NCBI RefSeq assembly: GCF_031769215.1
Contig: NW_026782136.1
Span: forward strand, 310,001 to 374,000
DNA from: Ylistrum balloti
Taxonomy: Eukaryota
Reading direction: 5' to 3'
Length of the DNA stretch: 64,000 bases
The position numbers and the translations under genes are program-made. A model generated the notes under the pieces. It saw only the letters and a program-made list of their open reading frames with translations, was not told the origin of the DNA and made no database searches. Position 1 is the first letter of the stretch; each line of letters opens with the position of its first letter. This document shows, piece by piece, positions 26,693 to 39,000 of the stretch.

Positions 26693-27028
26693 TTAGACCT
26701 GTACAGGCTGTTGGCGGATAGGTGGTATAACAGGGGAGGCTCCTCGTAGATTGAGCCCTAACCTTCTCTCTTTCTCCTCCTCCCTGTCCTGGTGTGCCTT
26801 GATCATCTCCCATGCAACACGTCGTGCTGATTTTCCATCCATCTCGGTCTGCATAAAGGTCGTGATGTTCTTCAGTGCAACTTCCATCTGAGTCTGAAGA
26901 TCAGCCACACAGATACCATTTATTTTAGACTCACTCTGCATGCGACGCAGCTCGGACTTGTTGTACAGTTCCCTGTACTTGAAGTACTCCAGCATAGCAC
27001 CATGCATCCTCTGCTGCAAGGCTTGCAG
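26693..27028 (-). CDS. CCDC178: CCDC178 last coding exon
   Basis: tgattgcag|CTG CAA GCC...GTC TAA; LQALQQRMHGAMLEYFKY... Confidence 0.9.
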   Translation of the reverse strand: MQALQQRMHGAMLEYFKYRELYNKSELRRMQSESKINGICVADLQTQMEVALKNITTFMQTEMDGKSARRVAWEMIKAHQDREEEKERRLGLNLRGASPVIPPIRQQPVQV

Positions 27029-30000
27029 CTGCAATCAGGACAAAAAATGGATATCAGACAAGTGACCAACCTGTTGGTGAGGTATCAGAAAAGTGACCTA
27101 CCTGTTGGTGAGGTATCCGACAAGTGACCTACCTGTTGGTGAGGTATCAGACAAGTGACCTACCTGTTTACAGTCTTTAATTGCTTCTTCCAGCTTGACT
27201 CTCTCCTCATAGGTGTTAAGTATCTTGTCCTTCATCACAATGAAATCATTCTGCATCTGCCTATACTTTGATGCTAACTTCTTATTCAGCTCAAGTCGGC
27301 GTGATTGATCACCCTTTATAAAAAACATAAGAATATACAACTTTATATTACATGAAAAAAACTTTATTGCCTACACATTGTTTTGTTTCATTTTTCTGGA
27401 TTTATCAATCTGTGAACAGCTAGGATCATTTCATGTCTCCTACAAGTAGCTGGTGGTTACCTCACTGAACAACATACAGGAGGCCCACTGCATGCCATCC
27501 ACAGCAATAACAGTAAAGTGTTTTGCCCTAGGACATAACTTAGATAGTCCAAACTGGTTGAGAAACACTAACCACCAGATCTTCACCTGAAGTTTCATCG
27601 TCCAAAGCTCTACTGATTGAGATGCTGCAGCCCCAAATGTCTATGACTTGACATTTAAATCTTTAATAAAGATTTGTTTTTGACGAACAAGAGTTGTTGC
27701 AGAACAGCTTCCCTCACAAACGTTTGTCAAGAGCATATGAAAAATATATAGTTTGACATCTGTTAATGGTCTGTTGATAAGTACCACTATACAAAGTTTA
27801 TAAATTGAAGTTGTTTGTCAAGCTACCTGTCTATATTGTATTTCGATGATAGTTTAATTAACACTAGTTGAGAGCTTACAGATCAATCTCTTACAAAGCA
27901 AATCATGTACAAACCTAGACCTATAGACTATGAGATGTTATAATAATCCTAACACTGAAACTCCGATTCCAAATATTTGTGCTTGTTGTATAGTTATAAA
28001 ATTATGCGTCCCAACACATGCAAATTTCAACAGACACAAATAATGAAAAGTAAAAGATATCAAAACGCAGGTTTTTCCCCCAAAAATATCTTTTATTTCG
28101 ACTCCTGATAATTAAACCCACAGGGACCTGATACAAAATTTATCAGTACCCTAATATAATAATAAAATGATTTCCTAATGGTTTCCAACACTTGAACCAT
28201 ATACTTAACACTTAAAAACCAATACTGACAACAGAGAAACAAAATTAGTTCTCCCTCTCATTCTAAGAGGTGATCTTAAATGGATGTCAATGGAATATTG
28301 TCTATCAAATCAGGAGTTGTATTATCCAAAGTGTATCAAATGCTACAGACCTGAGAGTCTTCCAAAAATCTTTTTCTGTCCTCCAGGAAGTCTCTATGGT
28401 TTTTATCATTATCATGAATCCGAGCTAAAATGAAGAGTATAGAATACAGGTATTATTCACATGTAACTATACCAAGTATTCCTTCAGTCTTTCTTTACAA
28501 AAATTCTCAAATCTACTTCTTTTCAACTACCTACATATCCCTACCACACTATATACACCTCCCTACCACACTATATACACTATATACATACCACATACAC
28601 CTCCCTACCACACTATATACCTCCCTACCACACTATATACCTCACTACCACACTATATACATCTCCCTACCACACTATATACACCTCCCTACCACACTCT
28701 ATACATCTCCCTACCACACTATATACACCTCCCTACCACACTATATACATCTCCCTACCACACTATATACACCTCCCTACCACACTATATACATCTCCCT
28801 ACCACACTATATACATCTCCCTACCACACTATATACACCTCCCTACCACACTATATACATCTCCCTACCACACTATATACACCTCCCTACCTCACTATAT
28901 ACACCTCCCTACCACACTATATACACCTCCCTACCACACTATATACACCTCCCTACCACACTATATACACCTCCCTACCACACTATATACACCTCCCTAA
29001 CACACTATATACATCTCCCTATCACACTATATATACCTCCCTACCTCACTATATACACCTCCCTACCACACTATATACACCTCCCTACCACACTATATAC
29101 ACCTCCCTACCACACTATATACACCTCCTTACCACACTATATAAACCTCCCTACCACACTATATACATCTCCCTACCACACTATATACACCTCCTTATCA
29201 CACTATATACATCTCCCTACCACACTATATACACCTCCCTACCACACTATATACATCTCCCTACCACACTATATACACCTCCCTACCACACTATACATCT
29301 CCCTACCACACTATATACACCTCCCTACCACACTATATACATCTCCCTACCACACTATATACACCTCCCTACCACACTATATACATCTCCCTACCACACT
29401 ATATACATCTCCCTACCACACTATATACACCTCCCTACCACACTATATACATCTCCCTACCACACTATATACATCTCCCTACCACACTATATACACCTCC
29501 CTACCACACTATATACACCTCCCTACCACACTATATACACCTCCCTACCACACTATATACACCTCCCTACCACACTATATACACCTCCCTACCACACTAT
29601 ATACATCTCCCTACCACACTATATACATCTCCCTACCACACTGTATACACCTCCCTACCACACTATATACATCTCCCTATCACACTATATACATCTCCCT
29701 ACCACACTATATACACCTCCCTACCACACTATATACACCTCCCTACCACACTATATACATCTCCCTACCACACTATATACACCTCCCTACCACACTATAT
29801 ACATCTCCCTACCACACTATATACATCTCCCTACCACACTATATACACCTCCCTACCACACTATATACATCTCCCTATCACACTATATACATCTCCCTAC
29901 CACACTATATACATCTCCCTATCACACTATATATACCTCCCTACCTCACTATATACACCTCCCTACCACACTATATACACCTCCCTACCACACTATATAC

Positions 30001-33000
30001 ATCTCCCTACCACAATATATACATCTCCCTATCACACTATATATACCTCCCTACCACACTATATACACCTCCTTACCACACTATATAAACCTCCCTACCA
30101 CACTATATACATCTGCCAATATACATCTCCCTACCACACTATATACACCTCCCTACCACACTATATACATCTCCCTACCACACTATATACATCTCCCTAC
30201 CATACTATATACACCTCCCTACCATACATATATAACATATGTATGTATTTGATGAAATTTTCATCTTTTGATAGTGATGTTTACTTAAACATTGCAATTA
30301 TTTTGTTTTACCTAACAGATTTTCATAATCCAGTTTGAGATCTTCATCTAACTTCGTGTTCGTTTTCAGTTGGATATTGACCTCTTCCAAGCGCTCACTA
30401 CAACAGAAACATGTCATGTGTATTCACCCTGTGATATTCCAGCACCAGAGTCAAGTGTTTTTGATAGCTTGAAACTATATGTGACAGCTGTATAACTAAA
30501 TATGACTGCTGTAAAGCTTAATGTGGCAGTTGTAAAATTTTGTGACCTCTGTAAAACCATATGTGACAGTTGTAAAACTTTCTGACTTCTGTAAAACTGT
30601 TAAACTTTATAAACACTGTAAAACTTAGAGTGTCCTCTGTAAAACATTATATGTCCTCTGTAAAACTTATAAAATGACATTCTACTAATGTTTCCATCAA
30701 AGACAAACTTACTCACCATTCATGCTGTCCTTTTGAGTATCATGGGGTCTGGACTACTAAGGATATTACTTAAGCTAGTTATGGCCTTTTGTGTGTTGTA
30801 CACCAACATAAAACTTACGTGAAGTCTGTGATGGCCTTTTGTGTGTTGTACACAAACATAAAACTTACCTTTGTGTACTGTACACGAACATAAAACTTAC
30901 ATGAAGTCTGTGATGGCCTTTTGTGTACTGTACACCAACATAAAACTTACGTGAAGTCTGTGATGGCCTTTTGTGTACTGTACACCAACATAAAACTTAC
31001 GTGAAGTCTGTGATGGCCTTTTGTGTACTGTACACCAACATAAAACTTACGTGAAGTCTGTGATGGCCTTTTGTGTATTGTACACAAACATAAAACTTAC
31101 CTTTGTGTACTGTACACGAACATAAAACTTACATGAAGTCTGTGATGGCCTTTTGTGTACTGTACACCAACATAAAACTTACGTGAAGTCTGTGATGACC
31201 TTTTGTGTACTGTACACCAACATAAAACTTACGTGAAGTCTACGATGGCCTTTTGTGTGTTGCTGACAAGTCTATCCATTGTTGTTTGCTCCCTGTCCCA
31301 ATCATCCATCTGCTTGTTCATCAAGTCTGTTTTCCAGGACATATGATCTAACCTTTTATCCAACCCAAGCACTTCATTCTATAAGTAAAACAAGAGTATT
31401 AGTGAACCTGATGAATGCACTCCAAAAATGACTTTATTGGACACAAAATTAAACCAAAGGGCAATAATTCTGTTATTTAGAAGTTGTAGGCGCTGAGTTT
31501 GGTACACTGCACATTCCGTTAGTATGACCAATGTATACACCAAGTTTCAATAACTCCTAAATTATGCAAGAGTTATGGTTCTTGGACAATGTACTTCTCC
31601 TTATCGAGATCTATCTACGTATGAAGTTTCTTACAGCTTTAGTGATATGCTCCAGACAAAATTATGATAGATGGACAGGTGGACAGACGGATGGACAAAT
31701 GAACAAAGCAGTGACTATATGCTCTCTCTAGTGATATGCTCCAGACAAAATTATGATAGATGGTGATGGATGGACAAATGAACAAAGCAGTGACTATATG
31801 CTCTCTCTAGTGATATGCTCCAGACAAAATTATGATAGATGGACAGGCTTTTTGGACAGATGGATGGACAAATGAACAAAGCAGTGACTTTTGTATATGC
31901 TCTCTCTAGTGATATGCTCCAGACAAAATTATGATAGATGGACAGGTGGACAGATGGATGGACAAATGAACAAAGCAGTGACTATATGCTCTCTCTAGTG
32001 ATATGCTCCAGACAAAATTATGATAGATGGACAGGTGGACAGATGGATGGACAAATGAACAAAGCAGTGACTATATGCTCTCTCTAGTGATATGCTCCAG
32101 ACAAAATTATGATAGATGGACAGGTGGACAGACGGATGGACAAATGAACAAAGCAGTGACTATATGCTCTCTCTAGTGATATGCTCCAGACAAAATTATG
32201 ATAGATGGACAGGTGGACAGATGGATGGACAAATGAACAAAGCAGTGACTATATGCTCTCTCTAGTGATATGCTCCAGACAAAATTATGATAGATGGACA
32301 GGTGGACAGACGGATGGATAAATGAACAAAGCAGTGACTATATGCTCTCTCTAGTGATATGCTCCAGACAAAATTATGATAGATGGACAGGTGGACAGAA
32401 AGATGGACAAATGAACAAAGCAGTGACTATATGCTCTCTCTATGGGGAGCATAAAATATTCTTTTCAAAATTCAGAGCATTTGAAGATTCTCTGTTTCTT
32501 ATAATTATCAACTCTTACTCTCCAAACCCTACTATACACTAATGGAACCGATACAAAAGTAAGATTTTGGTTAGCTGAAGTATTATCGTCTTACCTTGAG
32601 GTGGTCATGGTGCGGCTCTATTCCATTGATCTTGGATTTGAAAGTTTTATGCGACTCCTCGTGTTGTTTCTTTGTGTTTTGCAGCTGTGCAGTCAAGTGG
32701 TCCTTTTTCTGAAACATCACAATCAACACAGAAATATATTACTAAGTATCCTGACTAAAATGAGGCTGGAATTTTTTTAGGGGCCTAAGGGGCCTACTTT
32801 AACTTATTGCCAAATTTGGTAAAACATTTTCGTTCTTGATTCCGTCCTGAGCTCAAAACAATAGTATTAGATCACGACGAACAACCAATAGTCTTAATGT
32901 GATTTACTATACATTATTGATAAAAAAAAAAAAAAAAAATTCAAAAATTTGGATTTAAACACGGGATTGTCATTTACACTGCAATGTGTCTTAGTTTCTA

Positions 33001-35982
33001 TTGTTGGTGAAAACTTATTTATATTATATAACAACAGATTGTTTTGCTGTGTTGAATAACATCATTTCAAACAACAAAACTTGAGATCATTTGATAAATT
33101 TACTATTTTATAACAGGGTTTACTTGTTATAAAATTCCACTAAAAACAAAAACACACACACAAATTATACTATTTACGAAACTAAAGACATTTTTCCATC
33201 ACACAGTCTTTGAATTTTCTTATAACTAAAATCCAGTGATTTTAACGGTACCAGCTTTGTGTTATTGTGGCAAGCAGGGATTAATGATAAACTATTTGTA
33301 GTATAACACACATGTATATCCTTATAATAGACAATCAATTCACACAGTACACAATCTTTTTATCACAAATGATAATCAAAACCCACAAAAACAACAATTT
33401 ACGATGTTTTGTCTTAAGACATACGAGATTGTATTAGATACAACAAACAGTCAGCACATCAGATGATGCTTGTTAAACTAGTAGACGTCCTACAAACTTA
33501 TTTATTATATGCAGGTTTGAGACTTTAAGACCCCCGTCATTTTCTCATATCACCTGAATTATGTCCCCTTACTTCCTGTCTAATATACATTGTCTAGACA
33601 CCAGGTACATATAATCAACACCGGCAGTAAAGGGCCATCAGATAATGTTTAGTAAGTATATAATCATGATCAATTTATTTACTCAGCACAAATAAGCTTT
33701 CATAACAACATATTCAGTATAGCCAGCCTGGTTGTTTGAAAGCTACATTGTACACCTATTATTAAGTCAATATCTGTTGGTACATCTATCTAAAATGAAA
33801 GACGATACTCGTATTGTCATTTATCTTAATTTTTGGTAGGTTTTAAAACTGGTAAAGAGGCATACAGAAAATGAATGTATACAGAAATGAAATTAGCATT
33901 CCCTAAACAGTATTTATAGTAACTTCAGAATACTAATTGGTGGGAAAGAGTTGGGTTTTTTCTCTTATCCTAACAGTAATCTTGCCCCAAGTGTTATGAA
34001 ATAGACAGAAAATATTAACAAAAAAAAAAACCCCAAAAACAATGAGAGCTGTTTTGTCAGTCTTTGAATTGTTCCTTCTGTCCTCTTCTATAATATTTCA
34101 ACAAAATCTTTAACTAGTAATAAAGATACTAACTTTGACCTTGACCTTTGAACTACCTACTGACTTTAAACATTTGTCAGTCAAGTATTGGTTTGATTAG
34201 GATCAACAGAAGTCATGTGATAGGGGACCATCATGTTTTGTTGATGGGGCCCTAACTATTCAATATTTACAGCTTACTAAGGTCTGAAATATCATTATCT
34301 CTGCTTGTTTTTAGAAAAAAAGCTGATTATACAAAAAGAAATATGTCTGGTACAATGACCCAGGTCAACACTGCAAATATACCCAGCAAACATGTCACCA
34401 TATACTCTACCTCTGTGTTCTCTCTCCTCAGGGTATACATTCCTGTTAAGTCCTCCTTAACAGGCTGGCAGAAAACATTATTATATATATAACTGGCTGA
34501 CAAACAAAATCGTATCTTTACATTTGCACTTCACACCGTCACGATGAATCTTCTTAATCCAAAGTACCTTATTTTCCAATATAACATCACTGATCTGGTT
34601 GGTATAGTACTATACTAATAATTGCTGATATAAATCAGTGTGTACAATATTGTCCTTGTAATTTTAACTGACTGCAGTAACTGTATCACAATTGTGTGAA
34701 ATCATATGTAAATCATTGTCTTGTATCTATCAATTTTTTTCATAATTCATCATGAAAACAGACAAATATTTACAAAGCAAATAATATTATGAAATATTAC
34801 CTGTTTGAATACATATCATCTAAAACTACATAACTATTACATGATTGTTGATTTAAGCAAATTCGAAAAAATTAGTCATAATAAACACAGTCAAAGGGAG
34901 ATAACTCCTAAACAATAAATAAATCTATTTTAATGAAAAGATTATTAATACCATACCTGGTAAATAAAACAGAAAATGCAGTCAAAAGGACAAAGCCAGG
35001 GTTTTTCTCGATTAAGTTAAAAAAAATCAAATCTAACAAACATGAAAGTTTACCCTGAAAGCCGGAGTAATATCAACAGTAGTGCATAGAAATCTATTTA
35101 AGCATTGAACTGCCTTCATATGGCATTTATTTCCACTATAAATGACAGAGCTTTGCAGGCAAACATCATATTGTGTACTAGTTTAAAAAAAACTTTGTTT
35201 CAGAATATGCATTGGCTTACTAAAACTTATGTACAAATCTAGGGAATACAGCATGTTCCCATATGATTCCACAATTCTGCTTAGCTAATCCAAGTCAAGG
35301 GTCAAATGACCATAACACTACAGATAAGAAATAGATTTCTGCTAAAAAAGGTAATCTCTAGAATTGTAAGTAAATATTTTGACGAATTTCAAATAAGATG
35401 AAAAACTTTCATATTGAAAATGAATATTTTAAATTTATTTAAATCATAATATGGGTTTATTTTACAGCATTAAGGGATTAAACTATGCTTACATTTTATT
35501 CTTTATTTTTTCAATAATAAACTTTAAACTGATGAAATGATTACCTCATTATTTTCTTTTTTGGCCGTGCGGAGTTTCTTAACCTTGACCAGCACCTCGT
35601 CCACTAACCCGTCCACTTCAGTGGCTACCTTTTTAGCCTGTCAAAAGAAAAATAAAATGAATTCACAGTAAGAAGGCAGCTGACAGATTTCTAAACAGGA
35701 AAGAGACATTCTTTCATCACATCTGTTTTTGTAGTGTTCTGAATGTCAAAGATTACAATAAATTAAAAAACAAAAATATATATATATAAACAATGTATAT
35801 GTAAAACATCATGAAAATACCAACATGTCAACATGATTATAATTCAAACTGAAATTCCGTAAAACTAGGGGAAAATATGAACAATAGAAAGATTTACACA
35901 GAGACTCCTGAAAAAGTAAAAGAATAAGACCAGGTGTTCCAAAAGAGTAAGCATCTTCTGCTTCATCGACGACTTCTGACAT

Positions 35983-36018
<36 letters not shown>

Positions 36019-39000
36019 GGGGGTGTGTGTATAGAGGAAACAGGAATAATATGCAGCTGCCACACAAAAGTTTCTTTTTACATATTTCTGAATAAACAAA
36101 AACTGGACACCAGGAACAGAGGTCAAGATATAGGTAGCCGGTTGTTGTTCCTACTCAGCTTGCCTCCGATATCGCAGACCAATCAGTTTAACTTCTGTTG
36201 CAAACTTAAATGTCAATTCCATGCATGTCAGTAATGATAAGGTATTTGTAATTCATAGTTGTTGGTTTCAAATCCAAATTAGGTAAGTTACAGGGTTTTA
36301 AATCATAGCATGTTTGTTTCATACATTTATCAGGTTTAGACTAAAAATAAAACATTGTAATATTTCCCTTTATCAAAATCAAAAATTAAAATAAAATTTC
36401 ATTGGATTGTTTGAATTAAATGAAGAACACCACACAAGGAAGTCATCTCTCTGTTATAGGTCACACTTTCTCAGATAAAACAAAACCTTCATTGAGTGAA
36501 TCAGAACTCTGCTAAATCACACACACAAACAACTCTCTATTAAACAGTTAAACTGAAGAAATCGCAAAAAAAAAAAAAATTTGTTAAAATGAAATTTACC
36601 ACCTTTCTTTAATTTCTACAAATTAATGGACAACACAAACTTGAATGTTACTTATATTTATTTCTCTTGTCTTCAGTTTCACATTATCACAGTATTGTGT
36701 CCTACAACCATCACGTTTACTTTATTCTACACCTCTGCTGCCATTATCAGAGTACACCTATCATAAATATTTTTGCTGTATTGCGCAGTAAAGGAAAACA
36801 GCTGTATTGCAGCACATGCATTAATTCTACAGAATTACTTTTCTGAATTACCCCTTGCGCCTGGATATTTTATTTAAAATATGAATAATTGTCTAAATAA
36901 CCTTTTATTTGGTGTAATAAAAAAATTTATTTACAATATTAAAAACATTGCCTTTTATATCCTTTGAAGTGATGAAGAGTGGAACTGTTTTTCCGGATGA
37001 AGTAATTATTCTAACATGCGTTATCAGGCACAGTTCTGCATAGTGTCAACGTCAGGTAAATAAACATCAAAAAGACCTGACAAATTATCAAAATTTTGAA
37101 AGTTTGAATTTTTAATAAATTTGCAGGATAAATAGAATACCTGATAAGTGTCTTAAAACATAGCTACAATTTGGCTCATGACAGAAAGACAAGAGTGGCT
37201 GTCAGAGACTCCCCACCTTCGTCTCTCTTCACCATTGCCAAAATACAGCTCATTTTTTAAGACACTAACCATGTATTCTCTATGTAACCTAATCATGCCT
37301 TCAATTTCATATCGTAATTGTAGTGTTTCTTAATCAACTCTTTAAAGTTACATGTGAAAACTAGCGAAGAAATCCAGTCAGAGCTGATAATTTTGGAAAA
37401 GGGGCATAACTCCTGTAGATATAGTTAGGTCACAATACATTAAGATGAAGCCTGCATGAGTGACTCTGCTCTGATTCAGGATAGACAACACCTGTCCAGC
37501 TGTATATGTTTTAAGACAGACACTATCATCCCTGTATATATATCTTGTAACTTTATTAAACAAAAGTCACAAATGTCCTTGTGACATGAAATATTGAATG
37601 TAAAGACCAGGCGTAAGATTAGCAGTAACTGTTTCAGAATAATTCCTTTTGGGAAAAAGACATCTTGAGAAGAACACTGGTAAGAAATGTCAGATATCTT
37701 AGTCATGCTTCAATATTAAAAATTGAGAAACAAAGTAGACACTATGGTGTAGTAGGTCATGCAAAAAATATGTTACGGTTCTGTTGGTTCTCTCTAAAGA
37801 GTCTGACCAAAAACAAACATGTCAGTCCTGATGTTAATGTTACACTGGTCAGTCCTAATGCCTACAGTGTAACACTGGTCAGTCCTAATGCCAACAGTGT
37901 AACACTGGTCAGTCCTAATGCCTACAGTGTAACACATGTAAGTCCTGATAGTAATGTAACACTGGTCAGTCCTAATGCCTACAGTGTAACACTGGTCAGT
38001 TCTGATGCCAACAGTGTAACACTGGTCAGTCCTAATGCCAACAGTGTAACACTGGTCAGTCCTAATGCCAACAGTGTAACACTGGTCAGTCCTAATGCCT
38101 ACAGTGTAACACTGGTCAGTCCTAATGCCTACAGTGTAACACTGGTCAGTTCTAATGCCAACAGTGTAACACTGGTCAATCCTAATGCCAACAGTGTAAC
38201 ACTGGTCAGTCCTAATGCCAACAGTGTAACACTGGTCAGTCCTAATGCCTACAGTGTAACACTGGTCAGTCCTAATGCCTACAGTGTAACACTGGTCAGT
38301 TCTAATGCCAACAGTGTAACACTGGTCAGTCCTAATGCCAACAGTGTAACACTGGTCAGTCCTAATGCCAACAGTGTAACACTGGTCAGTCCTAATGCCT
38401 ACAGTGTAACACTGGTCAGTCCTAATGCCTACAGTGTAACACTGGTCAGTTCTAATGCCAACAGTGTAACACTGGTCAGTCCTAATGCCAACAGTGTAAC
38501 ACTGGTCAGTCCTAATGCCAACAGTGTAACACTGGTCAGTCCTAATGCCTACAGTGTAACACTGGTCAGTCCTAATGCCTACAGTGTAACACTGGTCAGT
38601 TCTAATGCCAAGTGTAACACACTTAAGTCCTGATAGTAATGTAACACTGGTCAGTCCTAATGCCTACAGTGTAACACTGGTCAGTCCTAATGCCAAGTGT
38701 AACACACGTAAGTCCTGATAGTAATGTAACACTGGTCAGTCCTAATGCCAAGTGTAACACATGTAAGTCCTGATAGTAAGCTTGTATCTTAAAAGAAATT
38801 TGAAATAATCAATGATTAATAACTATCAATCATGTTAACACATTATGTTAGGCCACAGCAATCCAGTTGTCATATTTAGTGCCCTACAGATTCTCACCAG
38901 CTGAGTGCCTCTGTAATACCACTAAGTATGTCACAGACTTACCTGATACTGAGCGGAGTTTGACAGATCTTCATCATCACTGTCATCCTCCTCATCTACT

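Noticed and set aside
28430-30088. 552-aa His/Pro/Tyr-rich, extensin-like ORF
   Set aside because: 22-bp minisatellite, antisense to a CCDC178 intron, with no splice or start context.
28530-30227. Telomere-like or G-quadruplex repeat
   Set aside because: The unit is not TTAGGG-like and has only one GGG run per 22 bp.
30712-30760. Exon-like segment with gtgagt donor just beyond the 50-bp array
   Set aside because: It contains TGA in the required frame, the acceptor is weak, and the flanking exons already join in phase.
35925-35975. gaccaggtgttccaaaagagtaagcatcttctgcttc, reminiscent of a retroelement 3' fragment
   Set aside because: Too short to classify without a database search.
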